DNA of 27,551 nt from a virus (lineage: Duplodnaviria > Caudoviricetes): positions 1 through 27,551 of the IMG/VR virus record IMGVR_UViG_3300012663_000495. One strand, given 5' to 3'. The notes under the pieces were generated by a model, which was given only the letters and a program-made list of their open reading frames with translations, searched no databases and had not been told where the DNA came from. This document shows positions 16,714-26,004 of the stretch, piece by piece (position 1 is the stretch's first letter; each line of letters opens with the position of its first letter). Position numbers and translations under genes: made by a program.

Positions 16714-17379
16714 ATGGCTGGTTTACAAGATATCATAAACAACGCAACGACATTGCATATCAATCGTCGTAAAATGGTTGGCATTCAATATAGCCGTAAC
16801 CAAATTGCCAAAGTAGGTGAAACACCCACACGTAACCCTTGGCGTTTTACAGTCAAGCATGATCGTATGATTCCATATGCACAGGCTCGACAGTTGATTG
16901 AAGAGTTAGACACATTGGATCGTGCTACTCCACAACAGATCACAATGAGCAATAACACTGCATTAAGTTTTCTATTTGCCTATCAAGGTGTTATGAATGC
17001 CGCACAAATAAATGCATTGAGAGTAACCAGTTTCAATGGTAACCAATTGGTGTTAAACTCATTGACTAACATTACCCCACAGGCTATAATGTTTAAGAAG
17101 GGTGACTTTATACAACTTGCAGGACATCCTTATCCATTCACAGTCACTGCGGATGTCACAAGACCACTCAGCGGTGATACGGTTACTATAACTACTCACA
17201 GAGGAAACTTCATCAGTGACAGTGTAGTTGGTAACAGTTTAATTGTTGGCAATGCCGTAAACTTTTATATGTTATGCACCAACATGCCAAGTTACACACT
17301 ACAACGTGGTGGAGCAAACGCATTGATAACCTTTGATGCTGACTTTGAACTATATGAATATACAGGATTAGAACTATGA
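16714..17379 (+). CDS. Distal tail protein-like
   Basis: Directly after the tape measure gene; synteny only. Confidence 0.55.
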   Translation: MAGLQDIINNATTLHINRRKMVGIQYSRNQIAKVGETPTRNPWRFTVKHDRMIPYAQARQLIEELDTLDRATPQQITMSNNTALSFLFAYQGVMNAAQINALRVTSFNGNQLVLNSLTNITPQAIMFKKGDFIQLAGHPYPFTVTADVTRPLSGDTVTITTHRGNFISDSVVGNSLIVGNAVNFYMLCTNMPSYTLQRGGANALITFDADFELYEYTGLEL

Positions 17380-17957
17380 GCACTATAATTCCAGAAGTTG
17401 TAGCAACTCCAAAAGTTAAGAGTGCGGAGTTTATTAAATTAACTGTCAATACCAGCACCTATACTTTTAGTTCAAGTTATCGTGCAGAAACAATCAACGG
17501 ACAAAGATACACTCCAGTTGGCGGTCTACTACAGATTGGCCAACAAAACCGGGACTTAAGAGCGACATCAGCGGATACTACCATATCACTAAGTGGACTA
17601 GACCCTGATAACATTTACCTTGTATTAGGACAACCTATTAGAGGTAGTGAAGTAGAGATCTATCGTGGTTTCTATACAGCACAAGACATATTAAGCACAG
17701 CCACAGTGGTCAAACGATTCACAGGCATTGTAACCAGTTATAACATCAGTGAAGAATTTAACAATGAAGCAAACGCGGATTTATTCTCAGTAAGCATCAG
17801 TTGTTCAAGTTATAAGACTGTATTGGAAAACAATGTAGGTGGACGTAGAACCAATCAAGACACTTGGGATTATTGGTATGCGGGCACAGATACTTCAATG
17901 GTCAATGTATCTAAACTTAACGGAGCGTATTTCGACTTTGGAGTTCCTGTTAAATGA
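17376..17957 (+). CDS. Minor tail/hub protein (gpL-like position)
   Basis: TTISLSGLD, GSEVEIYRGF, RFTGIV motifs; synteny. Confidence 0.6.
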   Translation: MSTIIPEVVATPKVKSAEFIKLTVNTSTYTFSSSYRAETINGQRYTPVGGLLQIGQQNRDLRATSADTTISLSGLDPDNIYLVLGQPIRGSEVEIYRGFYTAQDILSTATVVKRFTGIVTSYNISEEFNNEANADLFSVSISCSSYKTVLENNVGGRRTNQDTWDYWYAGTDTSMVNVSKLNGAYFDFGVPVK

Positions 17958-18421
17958 AAATAAGAATAGCCGATAAGTGGGATACTATTGCTATCATCGA
18001 TATGCTCAAGCATTATCGTCTAGCAACCCCATGGGATCGTTTGGCCCGTTGTGATAATGAACCACACATCAGAGGTCTACTACAACATGTCTATGCTGGT
18101 GCAGGTGTGATATTCCTTGCTGAAAAGGATGACGAGGTAGTGGGCATGTTGGTTGCACTTAAGAACAACAACATATGGGATCCAGACCTTTGGGTAATGG
18201 ATGAACTATGCTATTGGGTAGAACCAGAACATAGGGGCAGCACAGCAGGCTATAGATTAATCAAAGCCTATGTAGAATATTGTGATTATCTTGTTGAACA
18301 AGGTAACATTGAAAGTTATACAATCAGTAAAATGATTAATAGTCCAGATTTAGATTACGCTAAGTTTGGATTTACAAAATTAGAAGAACAGTGGAGGAAT
18401 ACAGAATGCCAGCAACCATGA
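17954..18421 (+). CDS. GNAT-family N-acetyltransferase
   Basis: MKIRIA, IFLAE..DEVVGML, acetyl-CoA motif WVEPEHRGSTAGYRL, terminal YAKFGF. Confidence 0.8.
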   Translation: MKIRIADKWDTIAIIDMLKHYRLATPWDRLARCDNEPHIRGLLQHVYAGAGVIFLAEKDDEVVGMLVALKNNNIWDPDLWVMDELCYWVEPEHRGSTAGYRLIKAYVEYCDYLVEQGNIESYTISKMINSPDLDYAKFGFTKLEEQWRNTECQQP

Positions 18422-21400
18422 TAGCGGCCTACTTTTTTACAGCAGGCACAGTGGCCTATTATGCAACAGTATTGGCTGTGCGTCTTGTAACCACTTTAGT
18501 AATTTCTAGCATTATTGCCAAACGTATGGGTGATCCAGGTGATCCAGGCGTAAGTGGTGCAAGCCTAGGCAATCGTGTGCAACTACCACCAGCCACTGAT
18601 AACAAAATTGGTGTTGTCTATGGTAGTGCTTATATGAAACCCATCATCACTGATGTTAAGATATCCACTGATCAAAAGACCATGTGGTATGTCACAGTAT
18701 TCAGTGAAGCCATGGACACGGACGCTATCGGAACATTTAGTTTCGGTGATATCTATTGGGGTGACAAACTATTGACCTTTGATGGCACTGATCTTACCAA
18801 GGTAGTAGGATGGACTGACAGCAGTGGACAAAATGATACCAAAGCCTCTGGCAAATTAAACTTCTATCTATATCGTGATGGCAGTGAGAAACCAATTAAC
18901 ACAGATCTAAAGGCTTGGCAAGTCCTACAAGATTCAGGTATTGCTGAAGCCAATCGTTGGGATACCAGCAAAAAAATGACAGGTTTAGTGTTTGCCATTG
19001 TTAAATTAAGTTATGATCAGGATGCAGGCATTACAGGTCTTGCTGATATTTCTGCAGTGATTACCAATTCATTGACCAAGCCAGGATCAGTGATCAAAGA
19101 CTATCTAATGAACACACGTTATGGTGCAGGACTTGCCATTGAGCGTGTCAATACTGCAAGTCTAACAGCCTTAGATACCTATAGTGATGAAACAATTTCT
19201 TACACTAACATTAACAATACAACCAGCACAGCACCACGTTATCGTATAAATGGTCCTATTGATACCACAAAGAACTTTCTTGATAATCTAAATCAATTGG
19301 CAGACTGCTGTGACAGTTGGTTAAGTTTCAATGAGAAAGAAAACAATTGGGCTATTGTTATCAATCGTAGTGTCTATGATCTAGATCCAACTGGTGCGGC
19401 CATTCCTATTATTGACGCTACCAATATCATGGGTGGCATTAATATAACTCCGATGGATTTGAATCAAAGTTATTCCAGCGTAGAAGTGCAATTCCCTAAC
19501 ACACGTCAACGTGATCAACCAGGTTACTATAGACTTGATATTGAAAGTTTTCCTAATATTGTTCGTTCAGCCAATGAACCAGATAACAGCCTAAGCATTG
19601 CATTGCCATTCACTAATAACATTGTTGAAGCACAATACATTGCTGGACGTAGATTATTACAAAGTCGTGAAGACCTAAGTGTAACATTCACTATGGACCA
19701 CAGTGGTATCCAAATTGATGCTGGTGATGTTATTGCCATTACACATGAACGTTATGATTGGGAAAACAAGTTCTTCCGTGTTAATCAAGTTCAAGAAGGC
19801 AAGAATGAAGATGGAAATCTTTATGCACAGATCACAGCCAGTGAATATAATGATGGCGTTTATGATGACGATAATATAGATCTACAAGATTTTACATTGG
19901 ATCTAAACACAGGCATTACTGATCCTAATTATTTGGCCAGTCCATATGCCCCATACATTACTAATCAATCGCCAAATGCGGCTGTTCCTAGTTTTGATGT
20001 AAACAATGTGGTGCCAGCAGGCGGCACAGTGGTTGCTGTGGAATATTGGTATGCTACCACTGCCACTATCAATCTAAACAATTATACCCTATATCAAACT
20101 GCATTACCTAGTAGCAGTAGCATATGGGCCGCCAACACCACAGCCACTATCACTGTTAGTGGACTTGGCCTAGGTGATTATTATTTTAGAACACGCTTGG
20201 TTGGTCTAAGACGCAAGAGTGAATATTCATCACCAACTGATGTGATCAATTGGTTACCAAACCCTATTGGAACCTTAGTTGGACAAAACTTCCAAAGTGA
20301 ATTTGTTCCCAACACCCTAACTGTGCGTAGAGATACTACCGGCACAGTTTATTATTCTTCAGCAGTGGCTAGACTCTATGGTCAAAGTGGCGGTGCATTG
20401 ATCAACTATTCTGGAGCAACCAGTGACGTTGATGCCCGCTTTGTCAATAACTCATGGCGTATTGGTGCAACAACCAGCACATGGTTACAGGGTATTACTA
20501 CCGATGGTCTAACAATAACCTTATCTACCAGCACGGTGGTAGATGCTGGAGTCAATGCACAATTTAATTCACCTAGTTTTGTCAACACTGTCACAGGTGG
20601 CACAATGGTTGTGCCTGTTCGTTATAAGAATTCATTAGGACAGGTTTATCAAGGTATTCCTGCATCACAAAAGTATCAAGTGTTAAGTGATGGTATCAAT
20701 GGAACTAATGGATTTAATGGATCTGCTGGCACCGGAACAAATGGATTAAATGGCTTTGTAAACTTTGCCTATATACCAATTGGTGTTGAACCAGAAAGTG
20801 CTAACAATGCACAAAAGACTGCGGCTTGGATCAGTGCTGTAAATCGTGAACCTGTGTATAATGACAACGGAACATTCTGGGGTCCTACCACACATAAGAA
20901 TTACAGTTATTATGGAACTAGCACACAATGGACTTCGGCAACAGTATTCATCGATGGTGACCTAGTATCAACCGGAACTATCCGTGGTGCGGCCCTAGTT
21001 GCTGATGCTATCTATGGTAAGACATTCCAAAGTAATAATGGTTATGTGGGCAGTTACGGCAGTCCAGGAACTTGGATTGATGGCAATAATGGTAATGCAC
21101 GTTTTGCCGGCACAATGAACATTGGCAATAATTTAACCATTGGCAATAGTGCTACAATTGGTAACAGTTTAACCATTGGAACATCGGCATTTATTGGATC
21201 AAGTTTAACCATAGGTGATGATTTACGTGTAGGTAACAATGCCACAATTGGTAGTGATGTTTATATTGGCAATAACTTAACTGTTGCTGGTCTAATCACC
21301 AATGGTGCATTGGGCATAGGTGTTGTTACCAGTTCAACATTGGCCACCGATGTTCGTGCATTGATTTCAGCAGGCACTGGTGGAACTACGGGCACACAAT

Positions 21401-21933
21401 TAGGCACACCACATATAGCCGCTAGCAATAGTTGGAATAGCACACAATATGATTGGCATTGGACCAGTGGATTCAGTGTAGGATTCTGGAGAACAATAGG
21501 TTACAGTGATGGACTAGATGCACAAGCGGGCTCTGGTAGCATTACTGTAAGTTATAGTTGTAGCAACCTAAGTATTACTGGTGCACCAGCCTATCCTAAT
21601 GGTCCACAGTTCTATTTGTTTATGAATTATACACCACAGATGGGATCTACACCACAACTTGTCTTTATTCCTGCAGGCGGAAGTCCATTACCTTCAGGTG
21701 CCACATCAGGAACAGGCAGTAGTGTTTACCCTCAATTTGGCGATTATCCTTGCGGCACCAGTGGCGGCACCAGTCATACTGGACCATACAGTCTAAGTGC
21801 AACATTCAATATACCAAGTAGCAAGACTAATGTTGTCATAGGTGTAGGTTTCTTCAATGGTAACAGCAATGTAAATTCTAATACAGGTTCGTTCTCAGTA
21901 ACAGGCAATACCTGGTCACTAACAAGGACATAA
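18406..21933 (+). CDS. Central tail fibre / tip attachment protein (gpJ-like)
   Basis: GGAGGA RBS before ATG 18406; IGVVYG, DYLMNTRYGAG, GDVIAIT, FN3-like YYFRTR; ~1175 aa. Confidence 0.85.
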   Translation: MPATMIAAYFFTAGTVAYYATVLAVRLVTTLVISSIIAKRMGDPGDPGVSGASLGNRVQLPPATDNKIGVVYGSAYMKPIITDVKISTDQKTMWYVTVFSEAMDTDAIGTFSFGDIYWGDKLLTFDGTDLTKVVGWTDSSGQNDTKASGKLNFYLYRDGSEKPINTDLKAWQVLQDSGIAEANRWDTSKKMTGLVFAIVKLSYDQDAGITGLADISAVITNSLTKPGSVIKDYLMNTRYGAGLAIERVNTASLTALDTYSDETISYTNINNTTSTAPRYRINGPIDTTKNFLDNLNQLADCCDSWLSFNEKENNWAIVINRSVYDLDPTGAAIPIIDATNIMGGINITPMDLNQSYSSVEVQFPNTRQRDQPGYYRLDIESFPNIVRSANEPDNSLSIALPFTNNIVEAQYIAGRRLLQSREDLSVTFTMDHSGIQIDAGDVIAITHERYDWENKFFRVNQVQEGKNEDGNLYAQITASEYNDGVYDDDNIDLQDFTLDLNTGITDPNYLASPYAPYITNQSPNAAVPSFDVNNVVPAGGTVVAVEYWYATTATINLNNYTLYQTALPSSSSIWAANTTATITVSGLGLGDYYFRTRLVGLRRKSEYSSPTDVINWLPNPIGTLVGQNFQSEFVPNTLTVRRDTTGTVYYSSAVARLYGQSGGALINYSGATSDVDARFVNNSWRIGATTSTWLQGITTDGLTITLSTSTVVDAGVNAQFNSPSFVNTVTGGTMVVPVRYKNSLGQVYQGIPASQKYQVLSDGINGTNGFNGSAGTGTNGLNGFVNFAYIPIGVEPESANNAQKTAAWISAVNREPVYNDNGTFWGPTTHKNYSYYGTSTQWTSATVFIDGDLVSTGTIRGAALVADAIYGKTFQSNNGYVGSYGSPGTWIDGNNGNARFAGTMNIGNNLTIGNSATIGNSLTIGTSAFIGSSLTIGDDLRVGNNATIGSDVYIGNNLTVAGLITNGALGIGVVTSSTLATDVRALISAGTGGTTGTQLGTPHIAASNSWNSTQYDWHWTSGFSVGFWRTIGYSDGLDAQAGSGSITVSYSCSNLSITGAPAYPNGPQFYLFMNYTPQMGSTPQLVFIPAGGSPLPSGATSGTGSSVYPQFGDYPCGTSGGTSHTGPYSLSATFNIPSSKTNVVIGVGFFNGNSNVNSNTGSFSVTGNTWSLTRT

Positions 21934-21936
21934 CAA

Positions 21937-22149
21937 ATGGCTATTAACAATGATAATATTACAATAAATGAATATGTTGAAGGGTTTCAACAACTACCTG
22001 AATTGGCAAGACTCAATGCCTATAAGCCAGGAGAGCAATTAAATGCTCTCTATGATGACATACAAGCAGGACTATTTGGTGAAGCCGCAAAGACAGGCAA
22101 GTTCTGTTCTTACGTTGAGAGCGTAAAAGCGGCATATCCCAAGGCATAA
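21937..22149 (+). CDS. Small tail-associated hypothetical protein
   Basis: EQLNALYDDI...VKAAYPK; follows the fibre gene. Confidence 0.65.
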   Translation: MAINNDNITINEYVEGFQQLPELARLNAYKPGEQLNALYDDIQAGLFGEAAKTGKFCSYVESVKAAYPKA

Positions 22150-22160
22150 AGTCAACCTGA

Positions 22161-22207
22161 GTTAAATATACTTGATGTGTAGGGCCTCAGCATTGCACAC
22201 GTTCATC
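22161..22207 (+). promoter_or_regulatory. GTTAAATA promoter plus structured 5' leader
   Basis: Intergenic; stem GATGTGT/ACACGTT starts 5 nt after the motif. Confidence 0.5.
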
Positions 22208-22224
22208 CCTTAGGAGTTATAGAT

Positions 22225-22725
22225 ATGGCTGGCGTATTAGATTTCTCATCGTGGCTTGGTGGCCCTGATGAAGTTAAAGTAGAATCAACATTCCCAAGTA
22301 GTGCAAAGACTTTAGTTTATAACTTCGGTCAAAACATTACCAACTGGACTTTCAAACTAGATTGTCAAACGGTTATTGCAGATCCAATTGCATTTGATCG
22401 CAACACTGGACAACCTAACTTTGCCAACAGTCAAGTTATCGGATTTACTCCCTATACCTTATTGAGCACCGCTACACATATTACTGTGGTCAGCACTGCC
22501 TCTGGTATCGTGAATGTTACTCATCCAGCAAGTATGTATAATGGTCCAATCCTTCCTGATGCTCGTGCTAAAGTGCCCTTAACAGTAGTAAGTTTTACTT
22601 GGGCAGATGGTGCGACTCCTCCGCAGGTCAATACTCACCGTATCGTGAAGTTAATGGCTTGGGAGCCACAGGTTCCTACGGGCGATCCAACCACTGCTAC
22701 CAATTATACTGCAATTTCAGCATAA
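22225..22725 (+). CDS. Virion structural protein, possible fibre attachment
   Basis: AGGAG RBS; beta-rich; precedes the fibre genes. Confidence 0.6.
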   Translation: MAGVLDFSSWLGGPDEVKVESTFPSSAKTLVYNFGQNITNWTFKLDCQTVIADPIAFDRNTGQPNFANSQVIGFTPYTLLSTATHITVVSTASGIVNVTHPASMYNGPILPDARAKVPLTVVSFTWADGATPPQVNTHRIVKLMAWEPQVPTGDPTTATNYTAISA

Positions 22726-22734
22726 TGAGTAACC

Positions 22735-25700
22735 GTGGCCTATACATTTACAGTAACTGAAGTTACCCCTACTATTGGTTTGACCGTCAGTCCGGCGGCC
22801 AACTTCACTGTGACCAATGCAGTGAACAGTCTCACCATTGCTGAAACAAATCCGCAGTTTACAGTAACCGATGTTCCAGACAATGCCATTACCATCAATG
22901 ATGATGGTTATGTATTCACACTGACCAATGTTGATAGTTTAGTTACACTGACTAACAGTCCTGCATTTGTAGTCACTGCTACCAATAGTGTTCAAAGTAT
23001 TGCGGTTACACAGAACACAAACAATTTCAACTTCAGTGCTACCAACATTACCTTTACAGCCACTACGGCTATCGGTCAAATACAGACTGAGAATATGGCT
23101 ACCATATTCAAAGGTGAGTTTACCAGCACAGCAGGAATAATTTACTATCGCGGACACATTGTTCGCCACAATCAAAATATCTATGTGGCCAATGTTGAGC
23201 CTAGTGAGAGAGTTACAAACCCTGCCGCACCTCCTGGCAATGATCAATGGCGATTGATATTCAGCCAAACTGGTCTACAAGGTTGGCAAGTTACTGCCAT
23301 GGAAAAGGCCTACAATCAAGGTCCTTGGAATGCAGGTGCAACCTATGCTCCTTATACTTGGGTTGAGCATCAAGGTTATATCTGGGAACTAGAAAATCAA
23401 AGTGGTTCCTATAATAGCGAACCTACTCGTAACAATCCTTATTGGAAGCAAATTGGTAGTCAAGGTGATCAAGCCTTATTCACTACCAGTTCAGTAACAT
23501 TCCAAAACTTAACAGTCACAGATAGATTTGTTGCCAGCCGTGGTGTTGTCACTAACTTTACTGTGACCAATAGACTGCAAGCAGGTGCAATCAAGTATCC
23601 ATTAGGTGCTGGTCTATATGGACAAGTATTAACCACTAACGGTGTTAATGAAGCCAACTGGGTTGATGCCAGTGCTGTTACCACTGCCACAATACGTCCT
23701 GCCACTAGAGAAAACCTAGGTGGTGTTATTATTGGCACTGGTCTAAATGTAACGGCTGGTGGTGTTATCAGTATTACCACTGGCACCAATGGAGCCAACA
23801 TTGGTTGGAACCTAACTGATGATCTAACCACAAATGGATTTGGTATCTACACAGGTGCACCAGATCCAATTAACATAAACTTTCCTGTTCCAAGATTAGA
23901 AATTGGTTCAGGTGAACGTAATGCTGTTGATGCAAGTCTATTATTTGAATCAAGGACTAGTTCAACCAGTGTTGTAAAACTTGTTGGTGATACAGTTCGT
24001 ATTGGATCAGGCAATCCTACATTCAATACAATCAATTATGAAGTGCGTGTCAGCACCAGCGGCACAAACATAATTGGTCCTACTACATTCTCAGGCGGAG
24101 AAGTTAGAATCAATCCTGCCAATGCTCATGTGTATCTTGGCAGCACCAGCACATCATTTGGCACAGCAACTAGTCGCATTTATGTTGGTGCACCTATCTA
24201 TGGTGAATTTAGACCATATTCAGGTAGTTACATAGACATTCAAAGTAAAACATATTTTACTGAAGGCGTCTATGGTGCAGCCAGTATATTACCAGTTAAG
24301 ACTCCAGCCGGTATACAATTTAATGATGGCACCATTCAACGAACTGCCGCATATTCACAAACTTTTGTATTAACCACTGCTACCAGCACTAGTTTAGGTG
24401 GTATTAAAGTTGGTAGTGGATTGGCTATTAATTCAACCACTGGCGTATTGAGTGTTACTGCTGTTCCAACAGATTATACATTGCCTACCGCTGACACCAA
24501 TGTTAAAGGTGGTGTTAGATTAGGCACAAGTTTTTATATTGGTGAAACACCCGGCATTGGTGTTTATGAAACATTATATCTAAGAACTGCAACATCATCA
24601 AGACTTGGTGGTATCTATGTAACAGAACCATTCTTTACTCAAGAAGGTCAGGGCGGTGTTTTAGATATTCGATATGCCACAACATCAACCAAAGGTGTTG
24701 TTAAAGTAGGTTTTGGTCTTGCTATTGATGCTGAAGATAGATTATATGTCAATACCAACACTGGCACCAATGCTGTCTATGCTGATGGTCTACATGGTAT
24801 TGAACTAGTTGGCAGTGAAGTTAGATTAAAAACAGCCACTAATACCACTATCGGTGGTGTTAGGATTAGCAGTAATCAAATATATGGTCTTGTATTAAAC
24901 GGGGATGAATTAAGAGTAAGACCTGCTACCTATAACGAAATAGGCGGTGTTAAAGTAGGCAATGGATTTAGTGTTGACGGTGTGGGAACACTAAATCTTG
25001 CACCAGCCAGCACCTCAACATTTGGTGGTGTTAGATTAGGTTATGGACTTGCACTAGATGAAAACGGATTAACCTATGTTACCATCTCAGGTAGCACTGG
25101 CACAACCAGCACCTACACATTGCCTATTGCTTCAACCAGCACACTAGGCGGAGTTAAGATTGGTCGAAACATTACCATTGATGCTGATGGCACAATCAAT
25201 GCGGCAACCACTGCTAGCGGAACTACTGGACAATTTAATTTAGATAGAGAAAGTTATACCAATGGTTATAGAATTTCCTATAATAATACAGCCACTGGTT
25301 ATTTTACAAATCTAACATTAACTGCTAATACAGCCACAATGACTGCTGAACGTGGCTATGTTAATCTATCCAGTCCAGAAGTTAAGATAGGCACATCATA
25401 CTATGGTGGTGATGGGGCAGATAGATATCTAAGTATTAATTCATCTGGTTCTACATTATATAGTAATCAATACAATTATCTAACTGTTGGCACGGGTGCA
25501 GTTAGCATTGCCAGTAGTATTATAGGACTTGCCACTACAAATAATAGTGCAAGTTTAAGATTAAGTGATAACGGAAGTTTAATTGCCAAGTCAAGCGTAA
25601 ATGGATTCAAGTTTGAACTTACTGACAGTTTAGCCCGGATGTATGTTACAACTTCCACTGGATCCGCTAAATTAGTATTACAGGCGGGTGAAAGCACGTT

Positions 25701-25992
25701 AGAAGCAGATGATACATTGACATTGTCTGCTCCGGTTATCACTAAGATGACCAGTCCGTTTATACAAATGGGTAATCTATATAACAGTAGACTATTTGTA
25801 GGAACAATACAAAACTTTTCAGGAACAGGTCCTCCACTATTAGCCGATGGTGTTCAATATGGTGACTTGTCAGTGCAAAGAACAGCATATCCTGGATATG
25901 ATTACGGTCAAATTATAAGAGGTGCGGCCTACGGTCCAAATGTGCCTTTGGATTTTAATAATACAAGTCTCGGCGTAGACTTTAACAGATAA
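22735..25992 (+). CDS. Long tail fibre with CBM-like modules and A(T/S/D)xxxxG(G/V) repeats
   Basis: Two Trp/Tyr CBM5/12-like units (e.g. WNAGATY...WVEHQG...EP.....WKQIG); nine ATxxxLGGIKVG-type repeats; GTG start. Confidence 0.8.
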   Translation: MAYTFTVTEVTPTIGLTVSPAANFTVTNAVNSLTIAETNPQFTVTDVPDNAITINDDGYVFTLTNVDSLVTLTNSPAFVVTATNSVQSIAVTQNTNNFNFSATNITFTATTAIGQIQTENMATIFKGEFTSTAGIIYYRGHIVRHNQNIYVANVEPSERVTNPAAPPGNDQWRLIFSQTGLQGWQVTAMEKAYNQGPWNAGATYAPYTWVEHQGYIWELENQSGSYNSEPTRNNPYWKQIGSQGDQALFTTSSVTFQNLTVTDRFVASRGVVTNFTVTNRLQAGAIKYPLGAGLYGQVLTTNGVNEANWVDASAVTTATIRPATRENLGGVIIGTGLNVTAGGVISITTGTNGANIGWNLTDDLTTNGFGIYTGAPDPININFPVPRLEIGSGERNAVDASLLFESRTSSTSVVKLVGDTVRIGSGNPTFNTINYEVRVSTSGTNIIGPTTFSGGEVRINPANAHVYLGSTSTSFGTATSRIYVGAPIYGEFRPYSGSYIDIQSKTYFTEGVYGAASILPVKTPAGIQFNDGTIQRTAAYSQTFVLTTATSTSLGGIKVGSGLAINSTTGVLSVTAVPTDYTLPTADTNVKGGVRLGTSFYIGETPGIGVYETLYLRTATSSRLGGIYVTEPFFTQEGQGGVLDIRYATTSTKGVVKVGFGLAIDAEDRLYVNTNTGTNAVYADGLHGIELVGSEVRLKTATNTTIGGVRISSNQIYGLVLNGDELRVRPATYNEIGGVKVGNGFSVDGVGTLNLAPASTSTFGGVRLGYGLALDENGLTYVTISGSTGTTSTYTLPIASTSTLGGVKIGRNITIDADGTINAATTASGTTGQFNLDRESYTNGYRISYNNTATGYFTNLTLTANTATMTAERGYVNLSSPEVKIGTSYYGGDGADRYLSINSSGSTLYSNQYNYLTVGTGAVSIASSIIGLATTNNSASLRLSDNGSLIAKSSVNGFKFELTDSLARMYVTTSTGSAKLVLQAGESTLEADDTLTLSAPVITKMTSPFIQMGNLYNSRLFVGTIQNFSGTGPPLLADGVQYGDLSVQRTAYPGYDYGQIIRGAAYGPNVPLDFNNTSLGVDFNR

Positions 25993-26004
25993 GGAATAAA
26001 GATT

